DNA of 64,000 nt, taken from contig NW_002060984.1 in assembly GCF_000150275.1 (NCBI RefSeq), positions 110,908 through 174,907 of the forward strand. The letters are read 5' to 3'. The DNA comes from Trichoplax adhaerens. Its lineage: Eukaryota > Animalia > Placozoa. The stretch's first letter is position 1; each line of letters begins with the position of its first letter. Position numbers and translations under genes: made by a program. Shown in pieces: positions 25,474 through 38,905 of this stretch. A model generated the notes under the pieces. That model saw only the letters and a program-made list of their open reading frames with translations, did no database searches and was not told where the DNA came from.

Positions 25474-28400
25474 TTAGATTTTGTTACTTAATCTTGTTGA
25501 TGACTTTCTATCCGTATCTTTACTACTACTAGGATTGGATTTTAAAGTTGCAGTTGAAGCCTCATCATATCCCTGTCGATTCCTAGCGAAATAAAATATT
25601 ATTCTGCATCATAGAATGTAGTGAAAGCTTAATAAATCAATAATAATCGATAAATTTTTAAAATCAATTTTTGATAATGTTATTCAGATTATAAATTTTA
25701 CATAAAGCACCGATAGGTATTCTAAGCTTTTGAAGTTATTCAGGCTACTGATTATCTATCAAGCTGTCATATTAAGAAATAATCTCAAGATGTGACAGCT
25801 AATCTCTTTCAACTTGTNNNNNNNNNNNNNNNNNNNNNNNNNNNNNNNNNNNNNNNNNNNNNNNNNNNNNNNNNNNNNNNNNNNNNNNNNNNNNCTACTA
25901 GCAGACTACACAAAGACTTAAACGCCTCGTATTTTACGTTAAACACTAAGTTGGACAATTCTTCTTTATTTCACGATATACTGCATTTATATACTATTCC
26001 TCAATAGTTCATGAGTCATAGTTAATACAATTAACATTAGAATCATTTACTGAATTAGATATTAATTTTAGCTACTGCTCTCTTAATGCAGACAACAGTA
26101 TTTACGAACATAGACATGTAATAACTAATACAGAATAGTCAGATTACGATATGTTCTATCACGGAACATTTCCATGATAATTTACAGTCTATCATAAGTA
26201 AATTACAATCACAATGATTCGAACTGTAAGCAGATGATTTGCATTCCCTATTATAACTATTATAATTTCAGTATGTGTATAAGTGTCACTGTCATAAAAA
26301 GTCAGTGCTATATTAAAATACAGTATATCCAAATTAGAAGTTAACTAAATAAGGATAGTCTAACAGAATTATCCTAACATAGTTATTTCTACTGTAATAC
26401 AGTATTTAACACTGTAACAGATACAGATTAGCTTTAACCTGTATCCAAATTCGAGACCCTTTATTTATTCTTACTTATAAGCAGTCTTTTGTAGCTTTCA
26501 TCATCAATTAAGTGACACTGCATAAAGTATAAAAATTTATGTTATTATAGCCTTAAATTTTAAGCTAAGTCACTTTGACTACAGTTAAACGCAGAGATTT
26601 CAGTAATACCATGTAATTTTATATTGCGATAAATTATTATAATATATTAATAAATTGAAATGATTTGTACGGAAATTGTAGCTGATATTAATAAGCAACT
26701 TAATGACCGAGTATAAGCTTGTAATCTCTGGATGTTTATATTAGCTAACGCGCAAAAATGAAGAGCAGAATTTGTCTTTTCGAAAAAAGGATGAGTATTA
26801 GAGATACCCTTTAGTCACCTAATAATTTAAAGTTTAATAGTGACTATATAGAATATTGCTATAAATGACTATAAATGCGATAATTATATCGAATAGTGAT
26901 TGAATAACTTTAAATTTAGTTTTCGTAATAACGATATACTGACAAAACCTATATAAGCAAATAAACTATAACATGAATAGCGGTTGATGTGATTTCAATT
27001 ATACCAAATCGTTAGATAAAATGTGAAGCATGGTTCTATTCACCTTTTATCGCTCTTCCATCGCAAGTAATAAAAGACAGATACCAAAATAATTACTATC
27101 ACAAGAGCTGCAAATCCAATTATCATACCGGCAATTATGTTAGCTAAGAGAGAATTAAAGAAATAGTTTTATTAGTTAAGTTAACTTGACTAAAAAAATC
27201 TGTTCGAAAGTCTGAATTTACAGCTTTAATAAACTGTTATCGACAATCTAAAAATAACGGATTATTGCCAGAATATTAGATAAAAGATAGTTTCATCCAA
27301 TTCACATTCATTCCGAGTACTGCCACTAAATCTCAGAATACTGATACTAGGCTAACTAACACGTAATAACTGGCTTGCGTGTACCACAGTCACGATCGAC
27401 AAAGCCACTAGGACACCTATATTTCGAAAATTTCCAGTTTAAAAGTTTTATAAAGAGTAGTTTATACGTCACGTATAAGTCAAAGTTTAAATCGAGTTAA
27501 AAAAATTAATGGCCGTAAGTAATTTGAAAAATCTCAAAAACTGCAAACATTGCGAAAAATTCCGAGGGCAAAGTCAGCTTAAAATATTGTGTTTGTTAAG
27601 CTAATTGATTATGAAAGCTTCTTCCTTGAACTTACAAACAGTAAGGTTTCTGCTTTTTATCAAGCCTACAATATCCACCACCATTCTTGCAAGCTAATTG
27701 GCACTCTGAAAGAAAAATATTAGGATTTAGAAACAGTTCGAAACTGACGTCTAGAAACCTGCATTAGCAACTATTTCAAACTAAAATCTTTTTTATCATC
27801 CTTTCAGTAATATTTAAAAATTGCAATATGTCACGTTGCTAAACATTGTAATAGTAGAGTACAGATTAAGCATTTGTGTCACGGTAGATTTCTTTCTATC
27901 TAGGCTACAATGGCTAAGTTTTTGTGATTGACTAGTAAAAGCGGTCGATTGCTTACTATTAATTGTCTTTTACATTTTTATGAGTAGCAGTGCGGTTCAT
28001 CGTGAATAGTGGGAATAATTTAATATTAGCCTAAAGTTTTAAAGTTTGCGCGCGTAACAGTAGTCTAGGTGAGTGGCTTTATACCTAAACTAGAGTAATA
28101 ATTGACAGTAACAATTTAGAAGGGCAGAATACTTTACTTTATCCTGAGTCAGAAGAGTAGTCTGTGAAATTATATCAGCTAGTTATGTGCTGTTCCTGAT
28201 ATTATGGAAATACAAGATTCATGAGTATCCTGCACCGATTAGGAAGTTCTTTAAATAGTGAAAAATAATTTATTCGCTATTTTAGAAAATAACATAGTTT
28301 CGTCAACAGTAAATTTATCGATCGCATAGGTATTATCATGCAGGTAAGTACAGTGCTTGGGAAATTACTGTAGGAGCATTATTCACTTTAGGCCAAGAAT

Positions 28401-30535
28401 TTAGAAGGCTTAACTTACTCGTGCAGTTATGTTGGTAATAGCTGCCGTTACTTGTTTGCTGGTCACACTTGCAATAATAGGATCCGTTTGTATTAATACA
28501 TATTTGATGCGGCAATGAACATAGCTGCGAGTTGTTGCATTCATTAATATCTATAAAATGGCAGAAATAATCAAATTATCCATCAAACTGATTTCATTAG
28601 CTCGGATATATCCTTAGTTGATCGTTAATTATATTTGAAGAGGTTGTGTGGGATAAAGAGCTTTACTCATGTATCCTTTTTAGCAGCTGCGAAACAATAT
28701 ACGTGCGTAAAATTAAAATATGAATATGTACCATATATTCGCATAATCGAACAAATAATGTTAGTTATAAAATGATTAAGAATAATAAAAATAAATCAAA
28801 TCAGATCATGAATGTAAGTGAAATCTGTCAAGGTGTTATGTTAAGACTATTTTTTGAAATTTTTTTCCTTGATAGACATTACATTTTGACCTACGTACAA
28901 CATCTACAGTTAGATATTTGTTAGTAGTCATAATATTTAGAAAGTCAGAATTGGTAGTATTGCGTTTTATATACTGTACTATCTGCGTTTTAAATTCGTT
29001 TAATTCTAGCATACTGTATGATACTTATATCCAATATGGCGAAAACAATATATAGAATTAAGGTAAATTGACCTGGCCTTAAGCTAATATTAATAAAGTA
29101 ATGTATAATTTTTTATTATTTTTGAGGGAGTACATCATTTTAATTGCGATTAAATGGTTTTATATATTTTCCGTCATTTTAATCTAGCGATTAAGACTTA
29201 GAATCAAAATTTGATCGTTTTGATAAATATTTAAAGTGTCTAAAAATGTATTAAATTCACGATTCGAATCACACTCAGCAGAATAAATATAATTAAACTT
29301 TGAATTGTATCAAGACCTGAGTTGCTTAAGGTTAATAAATTATGAACAACTGCTATTATATCTTTAAATTATTCTCAATTGATTGAAATAAAAATAATGC
29401 TGAACTAATTTGCAATTCAAAGGAAATAAACTTTGTTTTAATCTGTTCTTAACTTCCTTCCTAAGGAAGGAAGCCCGATGAATAAGAAATTTCATTGATT
29501 TATGCGTTTATACATGACTTCTTTTGACGAGATAGAAATATTAAGTTAACTGTAAGATTTATGGATGTATGCTTTAACAAAGGATGAAATATCTAATTAT
29601 ACTTTTAAATGAGTGATGCCTTGAAGTCAACAAATTTCAAAGTATCAGGAGCATCAAGGAAAGTTTCCAATAGCACTGAATCACTGAAAGTTTTTGCTTT
29701 ACGGACCAAGATAATTAATTATAACATTGACGTTGATAGCTGAAATCACAAGATATTAATGCATGCCAAATATTATTTTAAGAGCTCTTGTTGCGACAGT
29801 CAACATACTTCAAATGATTTGAATTTGGCTCAGAAAAAATAATATCAATTGTCTATTGTATGAATTTTTATATCAATGGCCTGGTTTCTATGTGTATTAT
29901 ATCAATACGAAAAGCCATTTAATATAATAAGCAACTCGTATCTTCTACTTTATCTATTTATAGATACTTTGAAAAACTTAACAAAACTTAAGAATTAGTA
30001 TATTATATCGGTATCATAAATTTTTTCAATAACTAAGCCACTAACAATTACGGGTATTTAAGGTCAAAATTTTCTGTTTCGATAATTAAAAAAGACGTTT
30101 ACATTAAGAAGATTTCTTTGAAGCTAATAGTTAATCCAATGGGTATTATATAAGAAAGCTAACAAAAATGAATAAGTTACAAAATTTTTAAGATACGGAA
30201 ATAAGTGGCAAATTCACGTAGCGTGAGATCCATTTTGAATCAGTGACTGTAGCTTTGATTAGAATTTGCATGAATTAAAAATCTTAAGCGTGGTATAAAA
30301 CATAAGTCACGGTTCAGGTACGAGATAAATTTATAGTTATTATTTGATATTACTCAGAGGTAATATCATATTCTGAAAAATGGCTAACCTTGACAAGAAA
30401 ATCCATCGCCATCAAATCCATCAAGGCATTGACAAGCCAGATAAAATGTCTCATTTTCCGTGCGATTTAAGCAAGTTGCGAAGGAACTACAATTTAGTCC
30501 AACTTTTCTGCATTCACTTAAAGGGACTATAGCTT
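25474..30535 (-). CDS. EGF-domain single-pass membrane protein, paralog C (5' exons not found): EGF, cbEGF, EGF, TM, Ser-rich tail
   Basis: Exons 30535-30389 (...CQCLDGFDGDGFSCQ), 28550-28419 (DINEC...CINTNGSYYCKC), 27705-27636 (CQLACKNGGGYCRLDKKQKPYC), 27416-27361 (CPSGFVDRDCGTRKPVIT), 27143-27044 (TM IIAGMIIGFAALVIVIILVSVFYYL) and 25582-25474 (tail, stop). GT-AG introns, phase-consistent. The signal exon was not located; an N gap lies at 30681-30730. Confidence 0.8.
25895..26419. mobile_element. Copy of family B, truncated by the assembly gap
   Basis: Close reverse-complement match to about 17789-18310. It ends in TGTAACA and begins at the N gap. Confidence 0.8.
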
Positions 30536-32727
30536 CTACATTATGGATAATTTAAAGCTATTACTGTTTAATTTCTCATAAATACTTCAGCAATTTCTTT
30601 AAAGTATAGATACGTAGGAATGTTACGCAATAGTTTGATTTGCTTTATGATTTAAATTATTGTAGCTAGGCCATAGCAATNNNNNNNNNNNNNNNNNNNN
30701 NNNNNNNNNNNNNNNNNNNNNNNNNNNNNNCTAAATTCTCGTAATTAGTTAGTTACACCAGCAGAGTCTTTAGAAGAAGTGTTAAAATTATTACAGACAG
30801 TACATGAAAGTAATGAAGGAAACTAATATAGATTAGATATTCGCATTGCAAAATAAAGCAGACGTAACGGACAGTGTTTCTACCCTTAAGAATAGAAAAT
30901 ATTGCGAGTTAGAAAGAATTTAAACTTATTTTTTGTGATAAGAATACCAATCTATAGCAGTTTTAGGACTAATAAACAAAAGCCTCAAACCTTGTAGTAA
31001 CTACATTAATTCTATCTACTTTTCAGAGATACGCTTTCTTTAGAACCAACGCAACGTTTTTTAATTCATATGTTGCCAAAGTGGAATTTTTACAAAAATT
31101 TATACTTTAGAATTAAGAAAATTTTTGCTCATTTAACTAATAGTCAAGACCTTTAGTGACTACCTAAAGCAGAAGATCGAAACACTTTCCAGAACATTTT
31201 ATGATTGCAGTTTACGTCGTTACCATACTTAATATGACCAAGACACTTGGTCGAGTGGAAATAAGCTACCAATCACATATTCTTTGAGATTAGGCCGTCA
31301 GTAGACTTTATTTACCTAAAACTAGTCAAGTACCTGTTCAAATGAACGGGAACGCATACTACACAAAAGATTACATTGAAAAAATTTCGGAATTAGGTTG
31401 CCATACTATGTATGAATTAATTCTCAGTGTGAGATATGTAGCTTATAATTAGGCTTCAGGTCGATAGAATAAATACATTATACTATCATTTGTTTATTTT
31501 ATATTTAGAGAATGATAATCGAAGAATCAAACATACGCAATTTGAACATATACGTGGTGTGCGTGCATAATCTTTTGATTTAAAATAAAGTGTTATGCTT
31601 TTATTTAAGTACATAGTTAAGTAAGTCACTCATACGATTACAATTTCAACCGGTTTTTATTCTTGAAAATAGCGATATTATTTATACCATTACATAAAAT
31701 TGTACACTTGTAACATTTTGAAATATTACAATCAGGGAATTTCAGAAAAAAAAACACATTATCAGTATAGTGAATGGTATCCTCAGCTAACTATGCGTTT
31801 TTAGCTAGAATTTTAACATTACTTGCACTACGCTTGCGGATACCCTCTTAAGAGCGTATCTAGTAAATTTACGCTGGAATATAAGAAAAAAATTAATCTT
31901 CTAGCGTAGAATATTGATGCCTTTAATCTATTCGCAAGTCCTCAGTATAAATAAATTGAACATTAATTTAATGTACCTAAAGCTATGGCCAATCTTGTGA
32001 TAAAAGATAATATGAAATTTTCTAGCTTTTGGCATCTGTACTGGTGTCGTAAGTAATATATTCTGCCTCTTATTTTATAGATAACATTCTGATAAATACG
32101 AGAATCTTATGGTATTTTAGCTAGCCAGACCTAATACGACTATTTTAACTGAAAAACAGTGAGAAGAAGCTAGGTTTTCGCATAGCCTAGCTAGACTAAG
32201 CTTTTGAGAGCACAACATTGCCCCTTAGTGATAAGAAGTACGGAAACTAAGAATGCAGGTAACTACGGCACTTAGATTTAAATATATTTTAAGATCTATT
32301 TTATTTGTGCGAAGAATAACCGGAATACCTATATAAATTTTCCAGTAAAAGAAGTACCATACTGCATGCAATTTTGCACCTACATAAAATCTAAATAAAA
32401 AAATTTTCTTACATCAGCTCCGCTTATAGCTATTGAATTCCTATACAATTTTGAGAAGGTATCACACATTTCTATTAATATGCGCTGCTGAGGCTACTAG
32501 ATTCAAGATTTTCTATCAATAAGAAACTCTAGCATTGTGAGCGTAGACTGTAAGCTTAACAAGTAAAAATTAGGAATAAGAGTAAGTTTTCGACAAATGA
32601 GATTCTGTCTTTCGAATTATCCCTTTTAATACCAGGCTTCACCTTTATTCACCTATAGAGATTAAAAATTAGTTGTTTAATAGGTCTATTGAAAGTTTAC
32701 CTAATCTTTTTTTAGGTTCTATGCCTC

Positions 32728-32940
32728 TGTAAAGTAACTTAGTATTGTGATAAAAACTGTTAGCCATGTTTAGTATTATGTATATTAGCGTCTTTTATAT
32801 ATTAATCCTATGATACATTTAGTAGACCATAATTATAGACTGTAAGGATAGACTCTATGCTAGAATACAGAGGACTATATGCAGTAAGGTGTTGAGCTGT
32901 TAAAAAGGTTTAAGGTAGAAAAAGAATTGTAAATCATATA
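32728..32940. mobile_element. Truncated inverted copy of family A
   Basis: gtaacttagtattgtga...ctgttagccatgt...actctatgctag...atgcagtaag...tgtaaatcatat is the reverse complement of about 23260-23465. Confidence 0.6.
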
Positions 32941-34642
32941 TGTTCCTATCGCCATGTCATTTTAGCAAAGTACTTTCTATTACAATCTATGGTGAGATCT
33001 AAAATCTCAATTTACTAATGCAACCAAGGAAAATATTGATCGATTGTATAAATATCTTTTACAATATTGCATAAAACTTTGTAACGCTCAATTACTTGCA
33101 TACTGCCAAATTGTTTGATGGTGTATATTTGAGTATTTATTCTTTGGCTTAATAAGGCCTATTAGCAGGCAATGGCCTGAAATGTCTATTGCTAGTTATA
33201 GTTATAGTCCGTATTTTAGTGAATATTATGCCAATGTAATCGAAAATGCTGGCTCTATTGAACTGATGTAAAAATGCCTATCTAAAAATTAGTCAGTTAC
33301 CGTTTTGAAAGTATGGAATTCTGATTTTGCATAAGGAAATTACATTTTCTTTTGAAATATTGTATATTTCCACTTATTTATAGTATTTTATTCACAATTT
33401 TTCTTTTAAGTGATCGTATTATTTTTCTTTTAATCCATGATCGTAATTTTACTGTTAAAAAAGATCCTTTTTAATGTATATTCATTTGCTTATTGGAGCT
33501 AAACTAGTTCTGTATCTGTCAGTCTATAACTGTCGTAGAAGAAATAAGATAAATTGGTTGGACTAATATGCCTAATCTAACTTGAATGTTTCGGGAAAGA
33601 TCAAATAAGTCAAATTTCTATTTCATACCAGCCCAGAATATTTAAATCAAATGAAAATGTTTTTATTATCAATACGAGTAAGCTTCTAATTAATGGAACT
33701 TTGGTAATAAAGTCAGTATTATAGCAACCTATTATACAAAAAAGGCGATAAGCACTAATATATAATTAATTTTCATTAATAATTAAAATTGACTTCAATG
33801 ATTGCACGTGAAAAGCAATAAACACAAGATAGAATTATACCATCAAATTAATGTATACAAATGCATCGCATTAGCAACTGAGAAAGCGTCGTATTATGCA
33901 CAAAGGTTACTTATATCAGTTACCCAGACCTATAATTTCTCTCATCATGACGAATTTAGCTATTTTTCCATCAATTTTAGGTATCTGACTTGAAGTTGTG
34001 CATTTAATCCAGCTAATTAACTATAAGTTGTCTGTATTGGTGTTTACATTACTGTCGTTTCGAATCACTTTAATTTTGCGTCTGAAAAAATTAAAATTAG
34101 TTTGCTAAATTCTAAATACCATCTACCTAATATATTTAATTTTCGAAAAATTTATAGATTATAGCTCTAAACGTTTACTTTAGAAATCACTAATCGCCAA
34201 TTATTATCATCCAATTGATTACATGCCCCAAGTGACAAGAGAATCCCCATTGTTCAGTCCGTAGGTAATTAAAAACCTTGCATAGTATGATTAGGTATGG
34301 CTTGCTTGCGCAAATTAAGTACTATGCTGTGATAATTAATTAACTTCTCTATAAAAAGTAGCTACCATCAGATATCATATGAAAGTCTTTGCGAAAAGAT
34401 GAAAATTCGTTCGACTAGTAGAATTTATTGATGGGACTTTTTTGTTGGCCTATAATAGAATTTTAAAATTTTAGTATTGAATTACGTCATCTGCGAAAAG
34501 AATCATTATTAGATATTTGAAATTTGAGATTAGGCAAGTTTTCATTCAATTAGAAATACGTCTCAAATTTTCTTTAAAAATCTTAGAAATGCCAGTGCAC
34601 ATAAAAGTACCTTAGTTATAATAATTTTGGTACGAGGTAAAA

Positions 34643-35884
34643 ATGCCGAAAAAAGGCGCTCTCATTCATATTGAATTAAAGATACAAATTATAAAAGACC
34701 TAGAAGCTGGTAAATCACAAGAAGCTATCGCAAAGAAGTATAAAGTGAGAAAAACAACAGTTTTTTCTATTTCTAAAAGAAAAGATGAGTTTAGGAGGCT
34801 CATATTAAAATATCCCATTCCTGCATGTGGCAGAACACGACGTGCATTAAAGATGGGGGATTTCTGCGATATTGAAGAACCTCTATATCGTTGGTATCAG
34901 TTGCGACATAACAATAATTTGCCAGTATCTGGCTCCAGCCTAAAGGAAAAAGCCTTACAGCTATATAAATCTACTTATGCTGATGGTACTCAACGCCCTT
35001 TCATGGCTAGTAGAGGATGGCTGAATAAATTTTGTCGACGCTATGGAATTATAGAGAGTTCATTACAGCCTAATTCATGGTATAGAGAAACCCAAGAAAT
35101 AAATCGGTTTATTACAGAAGTGCAAGAGATAATTAAGAGTGACAGTTTTAGTAAACAACAAATATTTAGCGTAGATGAGAAAATTCTCCGTTGGAAAACG
35201 GTCGTTAGTCCCAACCCAACGGGTATATGTACTAACAAGAATAACCCTAAAATTTATAGAAGATCAAAAGCAAAATTAACATTATTGGCGTGCACTAATG
35301 CATCTGGTACTTACAAATTACCGTTAGCTGTCGTCGATAAAAATGGTATGCCTTCAACATTAGATGAAGAGCAAGTCCTCACGCTTCCGGTGACTTACTA
35401 CCGCGATGAAGATCTGCGAATGTGTAATGGCCTCTATGAAAGTTGGTATAACGACCAATTTAAGCCACGCGTAAAACGATTCTGCAAAGAAAACAATTTT
35501 CCTAGTAAGGTTTTGTTACTTGTAAGGGATACTCCAGCACATAACTGCATCACTAGCTCAATCTCAGATAGCGAAAAATTTATAGTTTTACGCATTCCGT
35601 CGAATATTGCTTTTGCTTTACAGCCAATGAATCAGGGAATTCTTACATCGTTAGAAAGCCATTATCAAACTAAGTTGTATGATTATGTCATTCACAAAAG
35701 TTCAGAAAAAAAGAAGCTTATACTAAAAATTATGTCAAAATTGACCGTTAAAGATGCGATATTCTGGCTGAGTGATAGCTGGAATGAAGTTAGTTCAAGC
35801 TTTTTGAGAAAATGTTGGAATCATATATTTGCAAATGTAAGACAAGATATGGATGAGGATGTACCTTTAGTTGATATGGATTAA
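34643..35884 (+). CDS. pogo/Tigger transposase-derived protein (CENP-B/Jerky/TIGD-like), probably domesticated and catalytically inactive
   Basis: Intact 413-aa intronless ORF. It has an N-terminal psq-type HTH (KIQIIKDLEAGKSQEAIAKKYKV), a CENP-B HTH (LYRWY...LPVSG..LKEKA...FMASRGWLNKFCRRYGI) and a DDE_1 domain (IFSVDE; LTLLACTNASGTYKLPL; LQPMNQGI). The second and third Asp are altered. Confidence 0.9.
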   Translation: MPKKGALIHIELKIQIIKDLEAGKSQEAIAKKYKVRKTTVFSISKRKDEFRRLILKYPIPACGRTRRALKMGDFCDIEEPLYRWYQLRHNNNLPVSGSSLKEKALQLYKSTYADGTQRPFMASRGWLNKFCRRYGIIESSLQPNSWYRETQEINRFITEVQEIIKSDSFSKQQIFSVDEKILRWKTVVSPNPTGICTNKNNPKIYRRSKAKLTLLACTNASGTYKLPLAVVDKNGMPSTLDEEQVLTLPVTYYRDEDLRMCNGLYESWYNDQFKPRVKRFCKENNFPSKVLLLVRDTPAHNCITSSISDSEKFIVLRIPSNIAFALQPMNQGILTSLESHYQTKLYDYVIHKSSEKKKLILKIMSKLTVKDAIFWLSDSWNEVSSSFLRKCWNHIFANVRQDMDEDVPLVDMD

Positions 35885-38800
35885 TAGCAAGCTAGCAAAT
35901 TTAATGACATTATATACTATATGCGAATGGAGACGTAAGATACACCGTATAAGCTATAGAAGACTACCGTACTATTTCTAGCTTCTCTTAAGAAATTCAA
36001 GCCTTCAGCAATAAAAGAATTTTTTAAATTCGATAATGTAATAATTTGAATGTAGTCTTTGATGACGGTAAAACTTAGGAAGGATTATGCATTTCTATTT
36101 GAAGGCCGTATTTGGAGGGAGTTAATCTGTTATCTTCTAGCATAAGTGATGCTTTCTCTTTAAGGATGGATAATTAATTAGTAACTTTATGATTGCCGAT
36201 TGTTGCTAAACGCATAAGATCGTAGTTTGAACTAAAACTCGAATTTAGATCATAAGCTGAGTACGATTACCGAACATAATTTTGTTATATATAATCTAGA
36301 TTATTTGACTGTACTATGCCGGTTTTGATTATTTATAGTAATACGCATTAGCTCAATGGAAAGTCTGGTAATATTTCTAAATGATTGACGGAATCAGTTC
36401 TCAGTATAAACACAAGAGGGACTTGATTTAATGCCTATGTTTTCAGCTATAGGAAAAGTATATAGAAGTAATAAACTGTCTAATATTTGAAATATTTTAT
36501 AAGCGTAATATTTACGATACTCCTGATATTATTGTTCATAGCATCGTAAAGTAATCAAAGTACAGCATATTGAATTAAAATAACTAAATAGCATATAGCT
36601 TTGTTCCTAAACGAAATAATAATCAGATACGACATACAATGTTATACGTTTTAATTAATTCTTGAGTATTATTAGTATTTTTTTTGTTTAAATAACAATA
36701 ATGCAAATTGATAATGAAGCCTTAAAAATTTTAACAAATAAATATAATACATTACATGTACTAATTTGATATGCGCCTGATACTGGATATCATGTATAGT
36801 TAAATTGTTTCCCTAAAATCCTACAGCTTACATTCTCGAAAATATTAGATCACAATAAGCCTTCTTACGGGTTTTAAATCAGGTGACCCAACTAGTAGTA
36901 CAACAAACTTTGAGAAAAATTCCAACAACTGCAAATCAGCAGTTATAGCTGAGTACCGCATATCTATTGGCAATAGAGAGAGCATAAATGCTAGTTAATT
37001 AAAATGCATTTTGAAAATGGCATAAGCAGTCATATATGGTTTGACATACGTAAATAAAATCTAATACAGATAAATAATTCAAGCCCCCATTCAGAGAAGC
37101 TACACGTAACATATATTCCCTGATATTTAATTCTATAGCTACTTCTAGGCTCTTATTAGTATAAGTAATGGCAGATATTTTAACTTCCGTTTTAGACAAT
37201 TTTTCCTTATTATAATATATTAGTCATTGTCTTGAATGTAAAGCTCACCGCCATCATATCAAAGAATAAATTAAACGGAATGAGAGCGTACTGAATATTG
37301 CTATCTGTTGCAGCGTACGGATGCATTACTTTTAGCCAATTTCATTCCAAAATTGAGGACTAAGCTTTCATCATAAGATTCTGAATATAAAATTTAAAGG
37401 CAATTTTATCAATCTTAAATATTAAGGAGTTACGAAGGCTATTCAAGAAATTAAAATTTGATGTATCTACTATTGGTTAGTGCTCCTTACGTGAAAAGAT
37501 CAAAGAATGGGTAATGTCAATTTACTATTCGAATTTGAACTATTACAGGTATCGCTAAATGACTTTATATGCACGACCTACAGTATACCTGAAAGCTTTT
37601 ACTATTGACTCTCTGCTTAAATCAATTCACTATTAGCAGCAAAACGTTTCTGAATCTGGAATTTATTTAACAGCTATTATAGAGTGACTCATAAACTTTA
37701 TCTGTTAGCATGCTAATACCTTTATCTTCTATCGTACTTAAATTATGCCCATATTATATCTTCCGAATATTGTATTAATACTAGGTTCCAAAGAGCCCTA
37801 GCATACATTTCCCTTCCAGGATTATAATACCAATGATAACCTCCGCATGTTTCCGCTTTCTAAATTTCGATTCTTGATTCCTATCGTTTTCAGTACCGAT
37901 ATGACTTGTTTTCGTTGTGATTGCTATATATAGCTCCTTTCAATGAATTTCATACTATCTGAAATCTTTTGCGAATGTTATGCTCGCATTAAAAGTGTTA
38001 AGAAGAACCTAATGAAATTATCTCTTATGATTATCTCCCTTCAGTAAAATTGATAAATTTCCAGCTAGTTAAATTGTTACCGATACTTTAACATACGTTA
38101 AAACATGCGTACAGAATATAAATTTCATGTCACCAAATTGAGCCATACATGTATAATAATAATACGTCTACTCATCAAATTTTTCAAATTTGTGGATTTA
38201 TGTAGGATCTATTTATCAAGTTTAAAAATGAGAAGTCTAAGGTAACCATTGGTAGTCAGATCAATGGATGTGTTACTAATGTTAATGACTTGTTGATTGA
38301 AAATTCTTATCAGAACGGTATACAATCAATGTATTCGTAGCATTCTGCACAATTATTGTGTTCGCAATGAAGTTACGGATGAATTTAGCTGTGAATGTAA
38401 TGTAGTAATAAATCAGCAAGGATGCAAAACAGCATATTTGTATAACGTAACATTTAAATTAATTTAATATAATATAAATAATAAAGAATGAAACAAATTG
38501 CACTGGACTAAAATAATGCAATTAAGGAAATAATAAACTGAAGTTGATGTAAGCTGAGCAGCAAAAGATACAATATAACGTACATAAGCAGATGCTTAAC
38601 TTACGCTATACCGATAATAATCTCAGTGCAATATCTCAAGTTGATTAGCCATATTATAGTTATTCTCATGCTCTTGATGTTTTAATTAATTAATTTTAAA
38701 TCATCCCTAATTATAATATCAATGTACTGCAGCGGTTCGACTTAGCTCGATCTTTTAACTTGAAGAATAAGCAAAAATATCAAGACTTTTGTAATTTCTC

Positions 38801-38905
38801 TAATCTATTGCTAATCCAAATTGATTTTAACTGGTGCAATAAGAACAACAAGTTTAAATATCTAACATTAAATCATCTTATGAGATCTTTCAATCTTGCA
38901 AGCTG

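Noticed and set aside
27877-28200. TGTCACGGTA starts at 27877 and 45614 as further complete elements
   Set aside because: They match the terminus at 8714, but no right end or TSD could be found, so boundaries are unsupported.
31334-32655. Candidate micro-exons (~31334-31358, ~32413-32440, ~32633-32652) as the missing 5' end of paralog C
   Set aside because: The phases do not fit or give stops, no signal-peptide exon was found, and an assembly gap intervenes.
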